Part shown: positions 11,962 through 22,497 of the stretch, piece after piece | Layout: the number at the start of each line of letters is the position of its first letter | How positions within the stretch are numbered: position 1 is the first letter of the stretch | Source: Amphiscolops sp. MND2022 | Taxonomy: Eukaryota | DNA: 64,000 nt | Reading direction: 5' to 3' | Assembly (NCBI GenBank): GCA_964187785.1 | Contig: OZ076409.1 | Coordinates: 9,240,001 to 9,304,000, forward strand | Made by a program: the position numbers and the translations under genes | The notes under the pieces: generated by a model | The model's input: only the letters and a program-made list of their open reading frames with translations | The model's database searches: none | What the model was told of the DNA's origin: nothing

Positions 11962-13366
11962 AACTGACTACTCTGACTAACTTTGTTGAAGTCGAACTTG
12001 GGAATGGCGCCGCAGTAGAACACACTGAGTGAATACATTTTCACTTTTCCAACTGACTACTCTGACTAACTTTGTGGAAGTCGAACTTGGGAATGGCGCC
12101 GCAGTAGAACACACAGAGTGAATACATTTTTACTTTTCAAACTGACGACACTGACTAACTTTGTGGAAGTCGAACTTGGGAATGGCGCCGCAGTAGAACA
12201 CACAGAGTGAATACATTTTTACTTTTCAAACTGACGACACTGACTAACTTTGTTGAAGTCGAACTTGGGAATGGCGCCGCAGTAGAACACACAGAGTGAA
12301 TACATTTTTACTTTTCCAACTGACTACTCTGACTAACTTTGTTGAAGTCGAACTTGGGAATGGCCCCGCAGTAGAACACACAGAGTGAATACATTTTTAC
12401 TTTTCAAACTGACGACACTGACTAACTTTGTTGAAGTCGAACTTGGGAATGGCGCCGCAGTAGAACACACAGAGTGAATACATTTTTACTTTTCAAACTG
12501 ACGACACTGACTAACTTTGTGGAAGTCGAACTTGGGAATGGCGCCGCAGTAGAACACACAGAGTGAATACATTTTTACTTTTCAAACTGACGACACTGAC
12601 TAACTTTGTTGAAGTCGAACTTGGGAATGGCGCCGCAGTAGAACACACAGAGTGAATACATTTTTACTTTTCCAACTGACTACTCTGACTAACTTTGTTG
12701 AAGTCGAACTTGGGAATGGCCCCGCAGTAGAACACACAGAGTGAATACATTTTTACTTTTCAAACTGACGACACTGACTAACTTTGTGGAAGTCGAACTT
12801 GGGAATGGCGCCGCAGTAGAACACACAGAGTGAATACATTTTTACTTTTCAAACTGACGACACTGACTAACTTTGTGGAAGTCGAACTTGGGAATGGCGC
12901 CGCAGTAGAACACACAGAGTGAATACATTTTTACTTTTCAAACTGACGACACTGACTAACTTTGTGGAAGTCGAACTTGGGAATGGCGCCGCAGTAGAAC
13001 ACACAGAGTGAATACATTTTTACTTTTCAAACTGACGACACTGACTAACTTTGTGGAAGTCGAACTTGGGAATGGCGCCGCAGTAGAACACACAGAGTGA
13101 ATACATTTTTACTTTTCAAACTGACGACACTGACTAACTTTGTTGAAGTCGAACTTGGGAATGGCGCCGCAGTAGAACACACAGAGTGAATACATTTTTA
13201 CTTTTCAAACTGACGACACTGACTAACTTTGTTGAAGTCGAACTTGGGAATGGCGCCGCAGTAGAACACACAGAGTGAATACATTTTTACTTTTCAAACT
13301 GACGACACTGACTAACTTTGTTGAAGTCGAACTTGGGAATGGCCCCGCAGTAGAACACACAGAGTA
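11962..13366. repeat. 89-bp tandem array, ~16 units, made of an exon 3' end, splice donor and intron start
   Basis: Units start at 11981, 12070, 12159 ... 13316 (exact 89-bp period). The last unit overlaps the permease exon 13317-13505. Confidence 0.97.
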
Positions 13367-13505
13367 CCAGCAGAGACACGACTGTGAAGAATAGCTCCAT
13401 GTTGAAAGACAGCTTCACTCCACACACATTCAGGGCCGTGAAGAAGAAGAAAAAGGCAAACCACCACAGGGGCTCCCACTTTTTGTCTGTGTCCGTTATT
13501 TCTAC
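13317..13505 (-). CDS. APC-family permease, internal exon (TM4-TM5)
   Basis: VEITDTDKKWEPLWWFAFFFFFTALNVCGVKLSFNMELFFTVVSLLVLCVFYCGAIPKFDFNK, 189 nt. Acceptor tttgcag|, donor |gttagt, phase 0/0, matching both neighbouring exons. Confidence 0.92.
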
Positions 13506-13715
13506 CTGCAAACATCGACCTCACATTTGCAAACTTTTTAAATAAAATCCAATTAGTTCATCTTCGTCTATCAGTTTTTTCAATTTGTCAGAAATCGGTT
13601 TTCATTGAGTTAACTTTCAATGAAGCAAGACTTGAGTCCCTTAATGGACTCTCATTTAGGAAAAGACTACTTCTCGGGAAAACTAGGCATAATTTAAAGA
13701 TATGTATGCATGATC

Positions 13716-13979
13716 TGTGAGCAGAATTAGTGAAGACGCAAGGTAGAGAACTATGTGTTTATTGAAAGATGAAGCAATTCTGTAAGAGCAACAACGCAAG
13801 TGAGACGTAAGGTGTTTCAGGAAAAGTCACATCGATATCGATTGTCGTGACTCTGCTGTGACTCTAGAGAGCTTCCTTTATGGTTTTGAGCAGAGTCAAG
13901 ATAATGCAAGTTAATGCAAAATCTCTATGTTGACCCATGATTCTCCTTTACACCTTCGGAATTCAATTCCGGTCTCACA
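13716..13979. mobile_element. Probable solo LTR
   Basis: tgtgag...ctcaca inverted termini, flanks gatc/gaac (3 of 4 match), and an AATAAA on the minus strand. Confidence 0.5.
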
Positions 13980-14343
13980 GAACGTTTTACTGACGACAGT
14001 AAAAGTAAAAACTCAAAAGGTTTATTTCCAGATATTGAGATATCAACTGAAACTGAAATCATTTACATGAATGGCTTTACTGCACACGAGTTTTCACAAG
14101 TTCCATGTGTAAGAGTTTTGTAAGGCTTTATTATCGAACAAAGTCCGAACCAGACTGTTATGTGAGAGGACAAACTTTGTTGTTAATCATATTGATTTTA
14201 GAGATCTCTGATGTTCTGAAAGAACTGCCAATCATTAGTTGTCACCTGCTTGTGTTGTTTGTCAACAACAGAATGTCAGTTACAAGACACAGTTGTCACG
14301 TTTCTGAGATTACCTAAAGCTCTTCAATCTTTTACTGGGAGTT

Positions 14344-14737
14344 TGAGCTGTTAAAAAGTTGTAGTGTTGTTTTTTTAGATGTTTTATTACAGACATAAGA
14401 AGTCTAAGATTTTAACAGCGAAGTCGTCTTATTTCAAGTCCGTTTAGCTAGCTAGTTCTAGGTCTAATCTTTCTGAGTAAGACCGTTTGGTGGATTAGAG
14501 TCTAATTTTCTCCGAGTAGATATATTCTATCAACTAGGGTAGATTTCATTCATTTACATTAATTAGAAAGTGACAGTAACAGGATGAATCTGAGGAGCTT
14601 GTTACAGGATAAATTAAGTGAAGTTTCTTCTAAGATAATTAGCTTTCAAATGGAATTACATCTATTAATTACTAGAGGTGAGAGTTCAGATATTTCTGAA
14701 TTATGGAATCTTTGAGGACATGCAACGTGGCATCACA
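14344..14737 (-). mobile_element. Solo LTR of a relative of the giant env-carrying Gypsy
   Basis: tgagctgttaaaaag...gcatcaca is colinear with 18404-18801 and 39051-39448. Perfect 4-bp TSD agtt/agtt. Confidence 0.92.
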
Positions 14738-16100
14738 AGTTACTCTTTCATGTATCGCTGTATTGAAATCTCCCAGTATTTGAACATCCTACGGATCTTT
14801 TATCATCTGAAGTTTTTGCGATATTTGCTAGTTCATTTCTTCAGTCGCAATTCCTATAGTTTCCATCATTCTTTCACTGTTTCGTTTTTGTATTTTGTAT
14901 TTCCCATCGATCTAGATTCTTTTCTATTAGAGTTACTCTCTTTATTACGTAAAATGGACAAAAAGTTCGTATCTGTTCCGCTTTTTAAATATTTTTCTCT
15001 GGATTCGTTTCTATTATAATTTCGTAGTATCATATGCATGTTTTTCGGAAATGACATTATGTTCTACTTAATGGGGAGAGTTCTATTTCGCTCTCTGGTG
15101 TTTTGTCTCCTCGTTGATCCCGGTAGAATACAAGACGCCCGCTAAGCACCGGGATATTTTCCGCCCTTTTCGCCTTCACCGACTAAGCCATAGCTATTTT
15201 GGGAGGGGGGAATCGGATCTAAAGAATAAGATCTAAAATTTAGTGATTTTAGATCTTATTCCCGTCCTGAAATTTCAGATCTTATTGCCCTTAGAATTTG
15301 TTCCCTTTTTAACTTTAGATATTATTCCCCTTCTAAGCTAGCTTCTAGCTTCTAAGCTAGCTTCTCCCCTTCTTAGCGATAGAGGAGACAGTCAAGTGGA
15401 GTTTTGGCATAATTTGAAAAAAAAACGCATCACAGATCATGATTTTCCTCCCCCATTTATAAAATGTGGGGTCGGAAAATAATAATTTCTCAAGACTAGA
15501 TTAAGGAATAATAAACAGACTATCCGCAACAGTCTTAGCCACATGAGGGCTATTATATGATACTATATGAAGCATCACGTCAACAGAAATACAAACAGAG
15601 AATACTATGAAGAACTAAGGGTTCTCGTTTTGAAGATTGATAGTTAACAAAATTGTCTTAACAGATACAAATCGTATCAGCAATAATTGATTGTTGTCAG
15701 TAGAAGAATGATCGAAATTTGTAATTGTAATTGCATTTGAGAGTACTGGAGTTTGGGCTTATACTAGTTTTTGTTAACATGACCAGCTAAACATATATTG
15801 TTAAGTTTCTGGATATAACCTCAGTACCCGGAATCCTGGGTACGTCAAACTTACGTTGGTCTAAAAATAGTAATCCGATCACCGCACCCATGACGTCGCG
15901 TTCATATAGGTCAACATTAAAGGGCACATAACTCATACAAGTTAGTATTTGGACCTGTTTAGATACTAAATTTATATGCTGAGTACATTTTTACATGTGA
16001 TCTTTAAGGTACTGTGAACATAACCATTTTTTGGCAGAGTACTACGTAAATGCATGCAGCAAGTAATCATATCAGGTGGCCGTACAACACAGCGTACAAG

Positions 16101-17029
16101 CAGGCATTAGGGCTGTGCAATTAACCGACCGAACTCGATTAACCGACCGAAGTTGTCAATAACCGAAACCGACCGACTTATTATATAACCGACTTCGGTT
16201 AATTTGTTCGACCACTTAGATTGAAGCGGGAAAGAAAAACTGGTTTATTGGAAAGAAAAAAAGACAAGTATTTCCTTTTGTAAGTGTAAAGACCCAGTTT
16301 TTACTTGGAATATCAGCTACAGCAGTTCTCAGTGAACGCCATTGGTCCGATTCAGGCAATATCACCACGCAAAGAAACTTTCCGCGAACTTGTTTTTTTT
16401 GAGAAGTTGCATTAATTAAATTGTTCAAAACTGAAGTTGAAAATTATTGTTTTGTTCACATTTGTTTATAAATAACCGACCGATAACCGACCGAGTTTTT
16501 AAATAACCGACCGATCTCGAAAAAAATGATAATTGCACTGCCCTAGCAGGCATGACAGCTAATCACGCAAATTTTTCGCATAATTCAAGCTGAAAATGTC
16601 ACGCTAAGAAGACAAAAATTACGCCAAATTCACGATTTTTCACACTAAAACACAAAAAAAATCGGTTTTTCAAGTGTTTCAATTCAACTTGGATGAATTA
16701 ACATACAGAAATAAAAGATTTTTCAATGTTTTTACATCAACTTCTTGTCCACTTTCTTGAGAATTTCTCTGTACAAAACCTTAGGTTCTACCGGACGAGA
16801 CGAAAGAAGACATATCCGTGAACAAATAAATTATTAGTAACAGCGTCCAAATGTCTCAAATAAAGGAAATCGAAAAAAGGAAACTCATGCTTTCATTTAA
16901 ACTAGGTTATATTTCACGCCACGAGTGTTCAAATTCAATCAATTACACGGTATTTCACGGGGCAATTTGATCAAATGAAATTCACGGGATTACACGAACT
17001 TACACGCCGTGATTAACTGCCAATGCATG
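16101..17029. mobile_element. MITE with 9-bp target duplication, interrupted in its left TIR by a hAT MITE
   Basis: Rejoined left end caggcatgacagctaatcacg versus right end cgtgattaactgccaatgcatg. Flanks gcgtacaag/gcgtacaag. Subterminal tcacg repeats. Confidence 0.75.
16108..16545. mobile_element. hAT-family MITE
   Basis: TIRs tagggctgtgcaatta / taattgcactgcccta, 8-bp TSD gcaggcat, subterminal aaccga repeats. Confidence 0.88.
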
Positions 17030-17377
17030 GCGTACAAGTTACAATCGCAAGCAGCAGCCTGTTACATCGCTAAAATCCGTTTTTGCAATACCCGATGAAA
17101 TTTAGGACCAAATTCGATATCTTGATGGCAATATGAACGATTGCCGTTATCGGCGATTTGCAAATATATGCAGTCGCATTAGCCAATTCTATCAAATTAC
17201 TCTACATGTTGAAATTATTCGAAAATCTTGAGTACTCTTGATAGGCTACGCAAAAAGAGGGCTCGAACTTGTAAAGAAGAAAATATCAGAATTGCAACAG
17301 GAAGAATAGTGACAAGCTGAAAAAGATTATAGTATAATCACAGAGCGTTGAAAACAGGACTATATAATATTTAAAAG

Positions 17378-17988
17378 CAATAAGGGAACTGCATACGTCG
17401 GCACCGGCTCAAAGCTCAAAAAACGCCAATACACCAAATTAACTCGGACCTGAAAGGATCAACCTTTTTGGAAATGAAAACTCAAAAGATGAACCTTTTG
17501 GTTTAATAAAGTTTCGAATTCAAAGCAGTGTGAAAAAATGAAAGGGCCTTTTTGTAGTCTTTTGAGCTTTTTCACAATTGAGGCGTAAAGAGCGATTTTA
17601 AAAATTATTGTAACATCGTCTAAATTCGGCGCAATAATTAGGGCTCAGAAAGCGCGCAAACTTTTAAATATATGCTCATGGCTTTTTTGAAAAACTCACA
17701 AAATGTTTCACACACAAAAAACTCAAAAACTGTTCCAAAATATTTTTAAAATCCAAAGGGGGACCCTTTGGAGACATTAACAAATTTTCGAAAAGTCTCT
17801 TAGTCCTGAAAAAAATCTAAAGATGGGACCCTTTGGTCTAGTCCGGTTTTGTATGTTACGTTAAAAGTGGAATAAAGGAAAGGGGGACCTTTTGTACCAA
17901 CTTAGATGCATTTTTTTGGCTGGTCCAGTAGTTTAGTAGTAAAAAGTGTCCACTACACCTACATTTTGTTATCTGACAAAAAAACAGG
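17378..17988 (-). mobile_element. HINE/DINE-like repeat copy 3; remainder at 43774-43833, split by element B
   Basis: cgtcggcaccggctcaaagctcaaaa at the left end (boundary approximate), aaagggggaccctttgg motifs, continuation ...cgccgactaaaaa at ~43820-43832. Confidence 0.65.
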
Positions 17989-20312
17989 TGTAACGTCGGG
18001 TAGTCGATGTTACAAAATTTCGATCAAAAATTCGAAATGTGCAGTATCAAATAATCACATTCAAGATGGCCGACCCGGTAGGTACGGAAACCGTAGAAGA
18101 AGCGGAAAAACGTTAAAAAAGATAAACCCCAACCAGCCCGAGAGAGAACACCCTACCATAGGAGTATCCCCGAAATAGCTGAAAGAAGTTTTCATATTTT
18201 CATATTCACTCAGAAGTTTGCATATTTTGCATGTGCCACCTAGCAGGTCAAAGACTAGCTGACACTGACACAGACTTTGAGAGCGCCGGCACGCCGCCAC
18301 GGAGCTCTAACTGAGGAGCCTCCTTTGACGTTTGAAAAAGTCCCATTTAGGAGACCATTTCGGGATTAAAAAATAATGTCTAGGAGTGTAGTAAGGCAAC
18401 GGTTGAGCTGTTAAAAAGAGTTGTGGTGTTTAGTTTTAGATCTTTTAAGAATGACATAAAAAGTATAGACTTTTAACAGCATAGTCGTCTTAATTTTAAT
18501 CTGTTAGCTAACTGGGTCTAAGTCCAAATTATCTGAGATCTCAGTTCTTGAAGTACTAGAGAAAAGACCGATCGTTAGGATGAATTCTCAATTTCTCCGA
18601 GTAGATATATTCTTATAACTAAGGTGGGTTTCATCAATTAATAATGTGACAGCAACAGGATGAATCGAAGAAGCTTGTTACAGGATATATTAAATGAAGT
18701 TTCTTCTAAAATAATTAGCTTTCAGATAAGATTACATTTCTGAAGAGTTCAGACAATTTTTGAATTATAGAATCTTTCAGGACATGCATCATAGCATCAC
18801 AATCAACCGGGAATTTTTGAAAAACAAAAATTATATATATGCACTTTGGGTTTGAGGAGTTCTAAAAGTTTTTGTCTCAAATGTTCAAGTTTCGGTTTCA
18901 GATATTATATGCATGGGTTTATTTCATATGTGTTATGCATGAGTTTCGTTCTGAAATGTACCATACTCAAGGAGTGAGAACAACCTAAGACGATTTTACT
19001 TCTTACATCATTGACGATTCATTTGGTGCAGAGGTTTAAGTTTCTTTCAGTTTCTTTGACTGACAGTTACATTCAAGTTATTGTTCACAACTATTTACTA
19101 TAACTACGTACTTTTTCATGTTTGTTTTTTCGTATCAGCCATCGGCTTGTTTGAAAAATTTTCGTCAACATGAATTAGTCAGCATGAAAATCTCTTTCAA
19201 GTTAAAGATTGAAAGCGTGATATATCATTGAGTTGTGAATCAAATTTGGCGGGTGTGTGAACCAAAAGTGAAAAAGTTTTGAAAAGTCAAGGTTGAGGTG
19301 AGAGTTCATTTTCAACAAAAGTGACGAGGAGAGCAGGAGCAAAGAATTTGTTGAAGCAAAAAGCTTTGACAACTACAAGTTTCAAACTTTAAAAGTTGAA
19401 GGTAATAGATGTGAAAGGTGCTAAAGAAAATTTTTGAAAAATTTTTTGGGAGAGATTTTGGGAAGGTAAAACAAAAGTGGAGAACATGTTTTGTAAAAGA
19501 ATAATTTTTGTCAAAAATCTTAGGAAATTTCTTGTACCATAGGTATGACTTGTGTTCTGTAAAAAATGGGGGTAAAAATATATTTTGTAAGTGTATCATA
19601 GATGTAACCAATAGAGTTAGATAAGAGTATGTCAATGTACTATGCACAAAACAATAATATTGCGGTTAGAGGGTAATAATGGACGCAAATTTTGAGAGGT
19701 TACAAAGATTAGATTAGCAACTAATATGAGCAATTATAAGATTAAATAAGAGTATGTATTATTGGGATTGAAAGGGGAAGATTATACACGATATTTGAGT
19801 TACAATTTGGTTAAAATTGATTACAATAAGTTATACGTTAAATAAGATTGACTGTATTTTTACAATTGAGAATAGAATTGATTATATTAAGTTACAGATT
19901 GGTCAAATTAGAGTTACAGTTTAGTTTTAAAATTGACGAAGTTCAAATCACATTGTTTGAAATTTGGAGAAGAATTCAGTTCATCAAAGTGAGAAGACCA
20001 GTCAAGAAGTCGTCAATGTAGTGGCTGCCGCGAAGAAGACCAGTGAAGAGGCAGGTGGAGAAAGTAGAAAGACCAGTGTCCAGGAAGACCAGTGACGACG
20101 ACATGAAGGTTGGCGACGTCGAAGAACCCAGAGTGACGATGGATGATGTTGACCATCTGGCGGGTGTGCGTGAAGCAGTAAAGAGTGTCAGTGTTTGAAG
20201 GAGAAGTTCTTTTGTAGGAGTGATCGACAGCTACATTTCAAACACCATTGAAGAAAGTTGATGGAGTCAAGAAGAGATGTAGTTGAAGAGTGAGAAAATG
20301 TAAGTAGAATGT

Positions 20313-20765
20313 TTAATTGTACAGAGGATGTTGTTGAGGTGGATGGGCCTGATGTTGATGAGGGTCATAAAGTTCGAGTATTTGTGTATATCCAAAACTA
20401 TGGAGCATTTCATTGAATGCATCAGTGGCTTCTTGTAGAGCAGCATGAAAATATTGGTCTTTTGAAGTGAATGCGGAGTTTAACACAAAAACGACATTAG
20501 AAGCCGTTTCACAAATGGCAATTTTTGGTCCAGCAACGTGAAGCCTTGAATATTGTTGAAATGTGATGTGTTTCTTTTTAATTTGTGCGACATTATATAG
20601 GACTTTCAGAAAGGCAATAAAAGATTTTGGCGTTATTTTGTTGTTGTTTATTTCCAGAGAGAGTTTATAAGCCATTGTATGAAAAATAGCTGCTTTGAGG
20701 CTATGGGCTTTTGAGTGACTGGAAGTCATGTTTATAATGTCTTCTACTTCAGCGTTGGGGGCCAT
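20313..20765 (-). CDS. Unknown 150-aa accessory ORF of the giant Gypsy
   Basis: Intact ATG-to-stop frame with good context (gccATGG), protein-like composition, same strand as gag-pol-env. Confidence 0.55.
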   Translation of the reverse strand: MAPNAEVEDIINMTSSHSKAHSLKAAIFHTMAYKLSLEINNNKITPKSFIAFLKVLYNVAQIKKKHITFQQYSRLHVAGPKIAICETASNVVFVLNSAFTSKDQYFHAALQEATDAFNEMLHSFGYTQILELYDPHQHQAHPPQQHPLYN

Positions 20766-20858
20766 GGCGATGAAGTCCTGTAGAAGAAGAAGATGTGGAG
20801 ATGTTCTGAAAGAGTATGGAAGGAGAAGGAAGAAGAATGGATGTTTCTGTACAAGAGT

Positions 20859-22200
20859 TTAATGAAGATTAGTGGAGTTAAAAAGAGTAATTATAGTTTC
20901 CAAAGCAGATTGAATTGCTTGGGATGATTGAGTGATTCGTTGAGAGTCTAGATCGAGTGTTTGTAGGAGTTTGTGTGTTCCTTCATAGCAGTGTAGTGTA
21001 TGTGTGAGTGTTGTGATAGGTGTTTCAGAAGAATTTCGTTTATATGGTTCAAGTAAATTGGTCATGTCTCGAAGTGTTCGATTGTTTAATACGGAAGAAA
21101 GTTTGTCTGGAGTGTTTTTGATAGCTGAAGAGTGTGATTTATGTTCAATTTTTTACTCAGTTTGTACCATAAAGGAAATAGTTTTCGCAGAAATGAAGAG
21201 AAGTTCAATATAGGAGTACGTTTGTTTGTAGAGAGCGGTATTATAGGTTCTGTCTTTATCGTCAAGTGGAGAAGATACTAGATGTTTAGTAACAGTGAGA
21301 GGTTTTACAATTTGAGTAGGAAAGTTGCAAGGCAACAAAAAGTCATCGTAATGTATGAGATATTCTTGAGGTACAATAAGTGGGCGTGAAGTATTATTGT
21401 ACGGAAGTAGACAGAAGTATTGTTTTAAAGGGTCATAGTTTCTAAGATAGCCTGTTATACAAGAGTGGTCAAGAGTGTACATCTTGTTATTGTGAACGGT
21501 GATGTATATTTGTAATTTACGAAATTGTGATTTTGTGGTTTCGTGTACTGTAGAAACTTAGTGTACGTTTGATGATGAGTAGCTTTTTGTGAAATAGAAA
21601 GGAAAGATGGATCTGATTCATCTGTTTTGAGATCGTAGATAGATGGGCGAAGAAAATTGAATTGTAGAGAGAAAATTTTGACTCCATTGTCATGCCAATA
21701 TTGGTATGGACCCATTATCTTGGAAGCAATTCAAGTGAAAAAGTCTTGGTTTTGTCATATAAGCGAAATGAATAGTCTGTACGGTGCATATAGAGAGAAG
21801 TTAATTGTGCTTTAAAGACGAAATCTTCATGAGAGAGAAGTGGAATCAAATGATCGTCACGATTCGTGCAAAGCGAAATGTTTGAAGGTATTGAAGGAGG
21901 GTAGATTGGTGAAGAAAGAAAGACAGGATCTTTCATTATTTCGTGTCTCTTTTTTGGAGGAGGTGGTGTTGCTTGTGTATGATCAGTATCATCAGGCGGA
22001 TTATCAGTTTTCGGATTTTCGTGTTCAAACTTTGTATGTTCCATTGGTTCAAATAATTTTGGAGGTGTTTGTTCACAAATGTCTATATAGAGAACATGAG
22101 ACTAATTTAGGAGAGGTCTGGTTGTGAGATCTGTGTTTGGTTGTTCAAGCTGTTTTTGTAGATCAATTTGTGCTTGTGTCAATTTGTGAAGAAAAACATC
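20859..22200 (-). pseudogene. Unknown accessory ORF downstream of env, fragmented
   Basis: Abutting fragments 21715-22044, 21455-21715, 21153-21482 and 20859-21065 are joined by frameshifts or stops. Contains an NLS-like PPPPKKR. Confidence 0.55.
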
Positions 22201-22497
22201 AACAATCACAGTGTTATCTATTCCAAGAGGCCTAAGCACTTTAAAGTTAAAGTATTATAAAGTTAACTAACGAGTGGATTTATCAACTTTAAATGAAGAG
22301 GTTTTGAGGACTGTTATGATGAGAGATGTGTTGTTTGATGGAGGAAGATGAATTTCTACAAGAGTTTCAAGAGATGGAGGAGTAGCAATTGTGAATAGAT
22401 GAAAGAGTAGACGAGTGTTCTGGAAGAGAGATTGCCAAAGACTGAAAAGTGTTCAAGAAGATGGAGGTGGGAAAGGATAGTTTACCCGTGAATAAAT

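Noticed and set aside
11962..13366. CRISPR array
   Set aside because: Whole 89-bp units repeat with no unique spacers, there are no cas genes, the context is eukaryotic, and the unit derives from a host exon-intron junction.
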